From Tubulanus polymorphus (Eukaryota > Animalia > Nemertea), in NCBI RefSeq assembly GCF_964204645.1, contig NC_134032.1, positions 1,794,416-1,858,415 on the forward strand: 64,000 bases of DNA, read 5' to 3'. Shown one piece after another: positions 1 through 9,837 of the stretch. The notes beneath the pieces were generated by a model. It saw only the letters and a list, made by a program, of their open reading frames with translations, did not search any database and was not told the DNA's origin. How positions within the stretch are numbered: position 1 is the stretch's first letter; each line of letters begins with the position of its first letter. Made by a program: the position numbers and the translations under genes.

Positions 1-651
1 TCTCTGTTATCACTACTTATCATCGACAACAGTTAGTTCGAACCCCACTTAAGATGAATCTGTTGAAATAATTAATTTCCGGGGTCTCTGTTATCACTAC
101 TTATCATCGACAACAGTTAGTTCGAACCCCACTTAAGATGAATCTGTTGTTATAATTAATTTCTGGGTTCTCTGTAATCACTACTTATCCTCGACAACAG
201 TTAGTTCGAACCCCACTTAAGTTGAATCTGTTGTTATAATTAATTTCTGAGGTCTCTGTAATCACTACTTATCCTTGACAACAGTTAGTTCGAACCCCAC
301 TTAAGTTGAATCTGTTGTTATAATTAATTTCTGGGGTCTCTGTAATCACTACTTATCCTCGACAACAGTTAGTTCGAACCCCACTTAAGATGAATCTGTT
401 GTTATAATTAATTTCTGGGTTCTCTGTAATCACTACTTATCCTCGACAACAGTTAGTTCGAACCCCACTTAAGTTGAATCTGTTGTTATAATTAATTACT
501 GGGTTCTCTGTAATCACTACTTATCCTCGACAACAGTTAGTTCGAACCCCACTTAAGATGAATCTGTTGTTATAATTAATTTCTGGGGTCTCTGTAATCA
601 TTACTTATCCTCGACAACAGTTAATTCGAACCCCACTTAAGATGAATCTGT
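1..651. repeat. 84-bp tandem repeat (minisatellite), about 7.7 near-identical copies, truncated by the window start
   Basis: Unit TCTCTGTWATCACTACTTATCMTCGACAACAGTTAGTTCGAACCCCACTTAAGWTGAATCTGTTG... restarts at 1, 85, 169 and onward; no unique spacers. Confidence 0.95.
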
Positions 652-1014
652 CCAAATCTGATTCGTCCAGTTCACATTCATTGGCCTCATCATTTAAGTT
701 TTTCCATAAAAACCATTAATTGCAAAACAACAACCAAAAAATTACGATCTTCTCGAAATTTTATTAAATCAAATTTATTAACTATTCACTGGTATGATTG
801 TCAAATACAATAGGCCCAACCTTGCACCTTTAGATGTTCAACCTTCTTACAACGTCATCCTACAAAATGAAAATGTGTTGAAAATAATCACAATGTAAAT
901 GCGAAAATAAGGGATATTCATACGAAAGGTGTTTGTGACGGAAGGATACTTCTCTCCCCAACGATTCTTTTCAGATATTCAACGAATGCCGAATTTAAGA
1001 GGTCGCAGATGGTG

Positions 1015-1812
1015 CCGGTATTTCGTGTGCACTCATGGGTGACGAGAAAAAAAGGCCGGCAGATGGCGGTACCGGTCGATTTTTTTTTTCATTTTCGTCA
1101 CACACGTGTAAGCACACAAAAAAATCGACAGAGGCAGGGGTATTTCGTGTTCACTCAAGCGTGACGATTTTGGAAGTTTTTTTCACTCAAAACTCGTCAC
1201 GCTTGAGTGAACACGAAATACCCTTACCCCTGTCGTTTTTTTTCTTTTCTTCGTCACGCATGAGTAAGCACAAAAAAATCGACCGGTCCTGGGGTATTTC
1301 GTGTTCACTCAAGCGTGACGATTTTGGAAGTTTTTTCACTCAAAACTCGTCACGCTTGAGTGAACACGAAATACCCCGGTACAGGTCGATTTTTTTCTTT
1401 TTTTCGTCTCACATGAGTAATCACAAAAAAAAATCGACCGGTACAGGGGTATTTTGTGTTCACTCATGCGTGACGAGTTTTCAATGAAAAAACTTCCAAA
1501 ATCGTCACGCTTGAGTGAACACGAAATACCCCGGTACCGGTAGACTTTTTTTCGTGATTAATCATGCGTAACGAAAAAAAGGAAAAAATCGCCGGTACAG
1601 GGGGTATTTTGTGTTCACTCAAGCGTGACGATTTTGGGTGAAAAAACTTCTAATCCTCAAGCGTGACGAGTTTTCAATGAAAAAACTTCCAAAATCGTCA
1701 CGCTTGAGTGAACACGAAATACCCCTGTACCGATCGACTTTTTGTCGTCGTCACGCATGAGTGCACACGAAATGGCCCATCCATGCGCCTCTGCCCGGGC
1801 CACGCTTGAGTG
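1015..1812. repeat. Foldback/MITE-like array of nested inverted repeats
   Basis: About 30-bp arm GGGGTATTTCGTGTTCACTCAAGCGTGACGA and its reverse complement recur as hairpins (~1136-1224, 1290-1378, 1446-1533, 1601-1725); outer arms at ~1018 and ~1747-1773 are also inverted. Confidence 0.8.
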
Positions 1813-3312
1813 CCTCTATCGACGTCACGCGCTTATGATGATGGAATCAGTCGCATGAATATGAAACTGAATATGATATACTGAAGAGCATGAAGTGGAG
1901 CTGACCTTGTTCTACAATGTCGGCTCCACTTCCCTGCGACAGACGACACAAGTAAATGGCGTTTAATCATAAACAACTTTTAGACAGTTTTAGCATGATT
2001 TTAGTTTTGGTTGTGAATTTATCGTGTGAAATGTCTATGAAATTCAGTTTGAATTCTGAGTTAGATAGGTCGTCTAGAAGGAATCTAAAGTTGTCTAGTA
2101 GCTGAAGATTTATATGTCAGTGAAATGGGAGGAAAATGCTAGAAATTATTTTAAGGGTTATAAGGAACCTGACAGACTAGTAGAAAAAACACATTTCAAA
2201 ATTCAAACGAATTTCAGCATAAGCCAGTTTGTACAACTTGATTTTCAATAAAACTATAATTAAGATTAAATATCTTCTTATTCGATTTAATGTATTTTGG
2301 GAAAAATTGACTTTTGATTGGATATCAAACCAAAAGGGACCGGAACGGATCGTCTGCGAGTTGGAACAATCGATTGAACATTATTTTCTTCAAATTACAA
2401 TTTTATAATTCCCAACGAACGGAACCTAATGATTCGAACCTAATGAAGTGAGTCATTCAGATATTTCTCCCAAAACGAACTATTATGAAAATGCGGTTGT
2501 GACTGACAGGATTTAGATAAAGCCGTTTACATAGTGGTTCTACACGTTTTACACGAATTAATGTATGTATCAATCTGTAGCCGGCGCCCCTTAGACATTT
2601 GGCAATTAAAATCGCAACTTTTCTGTTTTAATTTGATAGTCTAGTTTCAACTCAATAAAAAACTGCATACACCCAGGGTCCCTGCAGATCAGTCATTCCA
2701 GAGGACTTTTAGAGGAGAAAATTTCTAATTTCTAAATTTGGGGAGTGTCTGCATCACTTTCATATCCCGATAACCGCAGACTCCTCCTAAATCGGTGCTG
2801 TTTAACTCAGTAAACCATTAAATTAGGTGGAATCCGTGAGTAAAATACTAGGCCTTAACCCTAAAAATTTTCTAATAGCCAATTTCTCAAAATTCAAGGA
2901 GTTTTCAAGGAGTTTGTCGCATTTTGCTCAAAATCAATGATATTCAAGAACATTGAAAAAATTTTTGGTTTAGGAGTTTTCGAGCGATCAAGGAAGGAGT
3001 CGTATAAGGGACCCGGGGACCTTATTCAATAACGTTACGCAAGTTGGCGTGGATGTTTCGCGTATCGTTGCGTGGTATTCGCTAAACTGCTCGCAAAAAG
3101 TGATAATTCGCAATTTTTCACGCAACGGGAACCAGTCCAACTGTAAAACCTCATTGCAGATTCATATATTAGGCGTTTTTATTCAAGCAACTCGTATAAA
3201 ATCGCTTTGCTCCGTTGATTACTGTCACGTGGTACAAATCGAATCGCCTTAAATAAATAAATGACCCTACTCTCCACAACCGGAACCTGAATTTTCTGCG
3301 ATTGAAAAAGCC

Positions 3313-3318
3313 GCCATT
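3313..3318. repeat. Left 6-bp target-site duplication GCCATT
   Basis: Identical GCCATT directly follows the right TIR at 19969-19974; 6-bp TSDs are typical of Polinton integrases. Confidence 0.95.
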
Positions 3319-3411
3319 AGTAATTAGAAAAGTGGGGTTTCAGGCCAGAGGGCGTGAGGGCGAGACACCACTCATCACCACAAGTAATTTTTTTTCCTTA
3401 TAAATGGGGGA
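3319..3411 (+). repeat. Left terminal inverted repeat (93 bp)
   Basis: AGTAATTAGAAAAGTGGGG...TAAATGGGGGA matches the reverse complement of 19876-19968 with one mismatch (3399); the first 80 bp are perfect. Confidence 0.97.
3385..3406 (+). promoter_or_regulatory. Representative copy of the element-wide TAATTTTT-N-WWATAAATG promoter/start motif
   Basis: TAATTT starts 19 nt before the ATG in 10 genes, and at equal spacing to TAAAT in the 9838 gene; 4 more genes have TAAAA at -19/-20; all 15 have TAAAT at the start. Confidence 0.75.
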
Positions 3412-6400
3412 GAATGAACACCAGCCAGAAAACAATAATGTCAATAAAAATCAATATTATTGCCAATATTGTAAAAAATACATCGATACATCTCATAAAA
3501 CACGACATGAAAAAACTGCAAATCATATAAAAAATGTAATAGATTTTGAAACTCCAGAAAATTCTAATGAAATAAAAGAACGATTAGAAAATATGAATGT
3601 GGATGAAATAAAATGTGAAGTTTGTAATGAATTTATAGTAAAAAGGAATTATAATAGACATCTCGAATCACAAAAACATTATAAAAATTTAAATAAAAAT
3701 GTTTTAGGATCAGAATATTTTGATAATAAACCTCAACAAGTAAAAGAATCAACTTCAAAAACTAAATCCATTTCAAATAAACCTTACATGGAAAATGTTA
3801 GAAATTATATTGATTCACTAGAAATAAAAGATACAATTGAAATCTTAGAAACATTACATAGTAAAATTGGTCCTGCAGCTATTATATTTAGATTTTTTAA
3901 AGGTACAACAATAGAAGATTATAGTAAATTTAATGAAATAATAGAAAAAATACTAGATTTGATAACAGATGTTGAATATCCAAAAATAAGTATCTCTGGG
4001 AAAGTAAGTTTTATAAAGTCAGAAGAAAAAATGGATTATAATATTCAAACACACTCTGAAGAAATAATTTCAAAAACACAAATAAAAGAGAAGTTAGAAA
4101 AAATATTAAATGAATTTAAACGTCATATTGAAGAAAGATATTTTGAGGGTTCTGGCTTAACATTAAATGAAATTATATATTTAGATTTAAATGTTTATAA
4201 TACAAAAAGAAATAAAACATCAAAAAGTAATAAAATGTTTAAAAATGATTCAAACTTTACAACAGAAAAGGATATTAAAGCATCAAGTTATATCAAATTA
4301 CCATTTATAACAAAAGCAGTAATAAATATTCAAAATGAAGATAATAAATGTTTTCTATGGTCAATTATTAGTTGCTTACATCCAACAGAAGAACATGTTT
4401 ATAGAATAACAGATTACCGGAAATATGAAACATTATATAAAATTGATCAATATCCAGTAACTATAAAAATGATTCCTAAAATAGAAAAAGTTAATAATTT
4501 AAAAATAAATGTATTTGAATTAATGCAATTACCAAAGACAAAAGGTGAAAATATTAAAGATTATACATTGGAAGCTTTATATTTAACAGAATATTATGAT
4601 GATGAAAATGCTATAGATTTGTTATATTACAAAAAAGATGAAAATGAACATTATATGTGGTTAAAACAAATTGATTTATTCTTTAGAACAACAGAAAGTG
4701 ATCATCATCGTAAAATTTATCTTTGTAGAAAATGTTTATCTAAATTTATGACAGAGAATACATTATTAAAACATAAAGAATTATGTGATAATAAAGATTT
4801 TTGTAAATTAATAATGCCAACAGAAAAAGATTATAAATTGAAATTTACTAATCATAAATTTAAAAATATTGTTCCATTTGTAATTTATGGGGATTTTGAA
4901 TCGTTGAATAAAGAATTAACTGATCAAGATAGAAAAGAAATATATAACAAAAAGCAATTATTAAAATCAATGGATAAAGGAAATGAATTAAATGAAGACA
5001 CAATACAAGACCCACCAATTATAAATACAATTAAAAAAGTTCATCAAAGAGCTGCTGCTTATGGAATTTATATAAAATCAAATTATCCTGAATTATATGA
5101 AAGTCAATATATTTCTTTTAGAGGTGAAAATGTAGTTAATGATTTTTGTGATAAAATGATTGAATTAGAAAGTGATTTTGCAAAATTATTAAACAAAAAT
5201 AAAAGAATAGTTATGACAAAAGAAGATGAAATTGATTTTAATTATGCAACTCATTGTTGTTATTGTGAAAAACGTTTTTATTCATTTGATAAAAGAGTTA
5301 GAGATCATGATCATTTGAATTCAAAATATCGTGGAGCTGCTCATGAAGATTGTAATTTACAAGCTAAAAAAGTAAATTTCGTACCAATATTATTTCATAA
5401 TTTATCAGGATATGATACCCATCTATTTATAAAACAATTATCGGGAAAATTGGGTGCAATTAATCAAGAAATAGAAGAATATAATGCTATGAATGAAGCA
5501 AATGTAAGAAAATATGATTTTAAACTATTAGCTAAAACATCTGAAAATTATATTTCATTTCAATTTGGTTGCATTAGATTTTTAGATTCTTATAGATTTC
5601 TAGCAAGTTCATTAGATAATTTATCAAAATCATTAGTTGATAATGATTTTATTATAACTCGATATTATTATCCAAATGAACAAGATTTTAAATTATTGAG
5701 ATATAAAGGCGCAATTCCTTATTCATTTTATAAAACACATGATGATTTTAATGTAACAGAATTATTAAAAGATCAATTTTATGATCAATTAAAAGAGGAG
5801 TATGTGAAAGACGAAGTTTTTAATAGAACATTAAATATTTGGAACCATTTTAATATGAAAAATCATGGTGAATTAGTTGATTTATATTTAAAATCAGATG
5901 TTATGATATTGGCAGATATATTTGAAAAGTTTAGAGAAGTTAATCTAAACCATTTCAATGTTGACCCTTGTTATTGTTATTCAAGTCCTGGTTTAACCTG
6001 GCAATGTGGTTTAAAATATACAAATGTAGAATTAGATTTATTAAAAGAACCAGATATGGTTTTATTATTTGAAAAATCAATTAGAGGTGGAATTAGTGGT
6101 GTTATGGGAGATAGGTATTTTAAAGCAAATGATGAATATAAATTATTATATATTGACGCTAATAATTTATATGGTTGGGCAATGATGCAACCTCAACCAT
6201 ACAAAAATTTTATATTAACTGAAGTTGAAAATGATGATAAAACTGACTGGGAAAGCGCAATTACGAGTTTAAAAGATGAAGCACCAATTGGTTATTTCTT
6301 TGTAGTTGATTTGGAATATCCCGAAAATATTAAATTTAAAACAAGAAACTTGCCATATTGCCCTGAACATTTAGCCGTAGATGATAGTTATTTAAGTGAA

Positions 6401-8470
6401 TACCAGAAGAAAGTAAAACCGAAAGATCATGTTTTTACGGAAAAATTAATACTTACTCAAAATAATAAATACAATTATATTGTTCATTATAGAATGTTAA
6501 AATTTTATCTAAAACAAGGAATGAAATTAAAGAAAGTACATAGATATATTGAATTTAATCAATCGAAGTGGTTAGAAAAATATATAGATTTCAATACTCA
6601 ACAGAGAACCATATCAAAAACAGATTTTGAAAAAGATTTCTTCAAATTAATGAATAATAGTTTTTATGGTAAAACTTGTGAGAATATTCGTAATAGAAAC
6701 GATATTGAATTAGTAAATAATTCTGAACGATTGAGACACCTACAATCAAGTCCTAGACATTTAGGAAATAAAAGATTTGAAGATTATTTAACAGCAGTTA
6801 AATTAAAAAGAACATCAATGAAATTTAATAAACCTATATTTATTGGTTCGACTGTTTTAGAAGTATCAAAATTATTAATGTATGATTTTTATTATAATGT
6901 TTTACAACCACTTTTTGGAGAAAAACATATAGAAATATTATATTTTGATTCTGTAACAGCTGACACCCCAATATTATTAAAATACAATAACCAAATATTA
7001 ATTAGAAGAATTTCAGAAATAATTCCTAATCAAAATAAATCTTATATTTCATATGGTGAAAAAGAATTAATACAAATAAATGGATTAATGGATGTTTGGA
7101 CAAGAAATGGATGGAAAAAATTAAAGAATATTATTAGACATAAAACAAATAAGAAAATCTACAGAGTTAGAACTAAATTAGGATTTGTAGATGTTACAGA
7201 AGATCATAGTTTAATTAAACAAAATGGTGATGAAATAAAACCAACTAATATAAAAATTGGAGATGAATTATTACATAAAAGATTTTACCCAAGAATGAAT
7301 CATATGTCATTTGATGAAATAATTGATAATATTTATAATATAGAACCCGAAACATTAGAAGAAAAAGAATATTTTATCAAAGGATTTTTCATGGGTGATG
7401 GTTCAGCAGGTGTGTATAATTATGTTAGTGGAACTAAATATTGTTGGTATTTATGCAATCAAGACTTAAAATTATTAGAAAGAATTAAGAAATTCTGTGA
7501 AGAAGTTTATTCACATAAAACATTCAAAATCATAGATGTTATGAAATCATCGCAATGTTATAGAATACATGTGAATAATCCTAAAGATTTTGCTACAAAA
7601 TATAATGATGAATTCTATATTCATGCAATAGTGAAAAGTAATACTTCGACAAAAGAAAAGATAGTTCCAGATTATGTATTAAATGCAAAAAATAATTTAA
7701 GAAAATGGTTCTTCATTGGATTCTATGCAGCAGATGGTGCTAAAAAATTTACAAAGGATAAAAAGATAACCTTTGCACAGAAAGGAAAAGTTGCTATATC
7801 AGGGTTAAATATATTATGTAATTCATTAGGCTTCAATATGAATATTGGATTGATTAAATCTAAACCAAATTGCTTTAATCTAAGCCACACAGAAAAAGAT
7901 TTAACTGAAGAAGTTAAAGATTTATTTGAAATATATAACCCAACAGATTATGTTTATGATTTATCAACTGAAGATGGTACATTTAACTGTGGATTTCCAT
8001 TAATAGCAGTCAATACTGACGCCTACATACTAAAAATCAAGACAAATGACATAACAAAAGACTTAAAAACATTAAAACATCATTTTGATTTTAGCAATTA
8101 TCCCAAAGATCATGAACTATTTAGCAATGATAATAAAAAGATTCCCGGTAAATTTAAAGATGAATTAGGTGGTGAAGAAATGATAGAGTTTGTTGGGATA
8201 AGAAGTAAAATGTATTCATATAAAACTAAAGAACATGAAGCTAAAAAGTTAAAAGGAATAACAAAACATGTGGTTGATAAACATATAGAATTTCAAGATT
8301 ATATAAAGTGTTTATATAAATCAATTGTAATGAAACACAAAATGAATTGTTTAAGATCAGAAAATCATGAAATGTATATAAATGAAATTGAAAAAACTAG
8401 TTTAAATCCATTTGATGATAAAAGGCATATTTTAGATGATGGTATAAAAACATTACCTTATGGTTATTAA
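3404..8470 (+). CDS. polB: Protein-primed family B DNA polymerase precursor (1688 aa) with N-terminal C2H2 zinc fingers, an Endonuclease VII/HNH-like insertion and an intein
   Basis: ExoI VIYGDFES, ExoII FHNLSGYD, ExoIII YLKSDV, motif A YIDANNLYGWAM, motif B KLMNNSFYGK, motif C YFD...TD split by the intein; CxxC...RDHDH...RGAAHEDCN; CQYC/CEVC fingers. Confidence 0.97.
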   Translation: MGENEHQPENNNVNKNQYYCQYCKKYIDTSHKTRHEKTANHIKNVIDFETPENSNEIKERLENMNVDEIKCEVCNEFIVKRNYNRHLESQKHYKNLNKNVLGSEYFDNKPQQVKESTSKTKSISNKPYMENVRNYIDSLEIKDTIEILETLHSKIGPAAIIFRFFKGTTIEDYSKFNEIIEKILDLITDVEYPKISISGKVSFIKSEEKMDYNIQTHSEEIISKTQIKEKLEKILNEFKRHIEERYFEGSGLTLNEIIYLDLNVYNTKRNKTSKSNKMFKNDSNFTTEKDIKASSYIKLPFITKAVINIQNEDNKCFLWSIISCLHPTEEHVYRITDYRKYETLYKIDQYPVTIKMIPKIEKVNNLKINVFELMQLPKTKGENIKDYTLEALYLTEYYDDENAIDLLYYKKDENEHYMWLKQIDLFFRTTESDHHRKIYLCRKCLSKFMTENTLLKHKELCDNKDFCKLIMPTEKDYKLKFTNHKFKNIVPFVIYGDFESLNKELTDQDRKEIYNKKQLLKSMDKGNELNEDTIQDPPIINTIKKVHQRAAAYGIYIKSNYPELYESQYISFRGENVVNDFCDKMIELESDFAKLLNKNKRIVMTKEDEIDFNYATHCCYCEKRFYSFDKRVRDHDHLNSKYRGAAHEDCNLQAKKVNFVPILFHNLSGYDTHLFIKQLSGKLGAINQEIEEYNAMNEANVRKYDFKLLAKTSENYISFQFGCIRFLDSYRFLASSLDNLSKSLVDNDFIITRYYYPNEQDFKLLRYKGAIPYSFYKTHDDFNVTELLKDQFYDQLKEEYVKDEVFNRTLNIWNHFNMKNHGELVDLYLKSDVMILADIFEKFREVNLNHFNVDPCYCYSSPGLTWQCGLKYTNVELDLLKEPDMVLLFEKSIRGGISGVMGDRYFKANDEYKLLYIDANNLYGWAMMQPQPYKNFILTEVENDDKTDWESAITSLKDEAPIGYFFVVDLEYPENIKFKTRNLPYCPEHLAVDDSYLSEYQKKVKPKDHVFTEKLILTQNNKYNYIVHYRMLKFYLKQGMKLKKVHRYIEFNQSKWLEKYIDFNTQQRTISKTDFEKDFFKLMNNSFYGKTCENIRNRNDIELVNNSERLRHLQSSPRHLGNKRFEDYLTAVKLKRTSMKFNKPIFIGSTVLEVSKLLMYDFYYNVLQPLFGEKHIEILYFDSVTADTPILLKYNNQILIRRISEIIPNQNKSYISYGEKELIQINGLMDVWTRNGWKKLKNIIRHKTNKKIYRVRTKLGFVDVTEDHSLIKQNGDEIKPTNIKIGDELLHKRFYPRMNHMSFDEIIDNIYNIEPETLEEKEYFIKGFFMGDGSAGVYNYVSGTKYCWYLCNQDLKLLERIKKFCEEVYSHKTFKIIDVMKSSQCYRIHVNNPKDFATKYNDEFYIHAIVKSNTSTKEKIVPDYVLNAKNNLRKWFFIGFYAADGAKKFTKDKKITFAQKGKVAISGLNILCNSLGFNMNIGLIKSKPNCFNLSHTEKDLTEEVKDLFEIYNPTDYVYDLSTEDGTFNCGFPLIAVNTDAYILKIKTNDITKDLKTLKHHFDFSNYPKDHELFSNDNKKIPGKFKDELGGEEMIEFVGIRSKMYSYKTKEHEAKKLKGITKHVVDKHIEFQDYIKCLYKSIVMKHKMNCLRSENHEMYINEIEKTSLNPFDDKRHILDDGIKTLPYGY
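6950..8014 (+). mobile_element. Intein with LAGLIDADG homing endonuclease (355 aa, residues 1183-1537 of pPolB)
   Basis: Block A SVTADTPILL, block B VTEDHSL, LAGLIDADG-like FIKGFFMGDG and FFIGFYAADG, block F YVYDLSTE, terminal Asn followed by Thr+1; removal restores YFDTD. Confidence 0.95.
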
Positions 8471-9087
8471 AATGGATCTATATCATCAAACTCGAAATCA
8501 CTATTGGCTTCTTCATTTTCATTTAATTGTTCAGGTTCTTCTTCAATTCCATTTTTCTCATTTAAATAAATTTCTATCTTGTTCCACATTTCATCTCGCT
8601 CTCTTTGTTTCTTTTTGTTTGTTAATTCATCAAATGGAATTATAATATCTAGGTTTAAATAATTTACAATCTTATTTAAAAAGAATTCATAATTTATTGA
8701 ATCTGTTATTCTATTTTCCAAATGATACATTAATATTTGTTTAAATATTTTTTTTATATTTTCCATATCTTCTTCTGTTAATTTAGGTTTTTCATAATAA
8801 TCGTTAAATAATAAATATAAATACATTTTCTTTTCTTTTGTGTTAAATGTTGGTGGAATAATTGTTTTTATAATATCTTTTTTAGTTATTTCACCATTTT
8901 TATTTTCTATTATTTTCATTTTTTCAAGCCATTGCATATATTCTGGTGTATGATCTTCTATAGAAAATATTTTAAAAATTTCATCTAGATAATTTAATTT
9001 TGGTTCTATGAGAAAATCTCTAGTTTTTTCTTCACCCCATAAATTCTTTTGCCATCCGTCCACATTCAACACAAAATAACACAGCAC
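8467..9087 (-). CDS. Hypothetical protein with acidic tail; probably the 3' part of the zinc-finger gene 9769-9032 separated by a +1 frameshift
   Basis: Starts at GTG with no TAAATG motif; deleting one G of ATGGGGTGA (9040-9032) fuses the two ORFs as ...KEFMGEEKTRDF... Confidence 0.65.
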   Translation of the reverse strand: MLCYFVLNVDGWQKNLWGEEKTRDFLIEPKLNYLDEIFKIFSIEDHTPEYMQWLEKMKIIENKNGEITKKDIIKTIIPPTFNTKEKKMYLYLLFNDYYEKPKLTEEDMENIKKIFKQILMYHLENRITDSINYEFFLNKIVNYLNLDIIIPFDELTNKKKQRERDEMWNKIEIYLNEKNGIEEEPEQLNENEEANSDFEFDDIDPF

Positions 9088-9769
9088 CTTCTTGTCTTAA
9101 GGTCGCATAACTACATTGTGGGCATTTTCGTTTATAATTTATTGGTAATAGATCTTCATTAAGCTCTTGGTATTTTCTTACGTTTTCTTTATGTTTTATT
9201 GTTCTATTATGTAGATTTGAATTACTTGTTGTAATAATCAATTTACAATATTTACAATAATATGTTTTTCTTGTTAATTCATTATATTGTTTTTCTAACT
9301 TTTCAACTGTTTCTTTATTATCTGGTAACGTTTTCTCATATTTTATTTTTTCTAATAAATTATTTTTTCTTTCATTGAATTCAGTTTCAAATTTATTAGA
9401 AATTTTATCTATATGTGCTTTACGAAATTGATGATTTTCCCAATCTTCTATATTTTCAGGGCTATATTTTATTCGACAAGGCTCACAGAAATGATCTTTT
9501 ATATTATCCTTATCATAGAATAAGAAAGGTCTTTTCCAAATAACTTCAGGTTCAACTTCGGCAGATTTACTATCAACATTAGCCGTTGCGCCATTAATTC
9601 TACACTTCTCTGAATGTTTTTTAACATAATTTCTTGAGAATAATTTATTACATTTTGGACAGTTTATTTTAGGGGGTTTATAATTTTCATCATGTTTTTT
9701 CATATGTCGAGCCATATTACTTTTTCTGATAAGTTCACTACAAATTTCGCATGCTATCTTCTCATCCAT
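9032..9769 (-). CDS. Multi-zinc-finger protein
   Basis: CEIC..HMKKH, CPKC..HSEKC, CEPC..HQFRKAH, CKYC..HNRTIKH and a CPQC..CVEC ribbon; TAAATG start. Confidence 0.85.
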   Translation of the reverse strand: MDEKIACEICSELIRKSNMARHMKKHDENYKPPKINCPKCNKLFSRNYVKKHSEKCRINGATANVDSKSAEVEPEVIWKRPFLFYDKDNIKDHFCEPCRIKYSPENIEDWENHQFRKAHIDKISNKFETEFNERKNNLLEKIKYEKTLPDNKETVEKLEKQYNELTRKTYYCKYCKLIITTSNSNLHNRTIKHKENVRKYQELNEDLLPINYKRKCPQCSYATLRQEGAVLFCVECGRMAKEFMG

Positions 9770-9837
9770 TTATTAAGGAAACATTTTATTAAAATTAATT
9801 TTTAATGATGAGCGGTAATTTTTTTATGTTATAAATA

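Noticed and set aside
1-651. Regular repeats resembling a CRISPR array
   Set aside because: Units are contiguous and near-identical with no unique spacers; eukaryotic context and no cas genes
1035-1487. 150-aa ORF
   Set aside because: Translation of the inverted-repeat array; no domain features
6950-8014. Insert as a spliceosomal or group I intron, or a Hedgehog-type Hint domain
   Set aside because: In frame with no GT-AG ends, has Ser1, terminal Asn, Thr+1 and internal LAGLIDADG motifs at a known intein site
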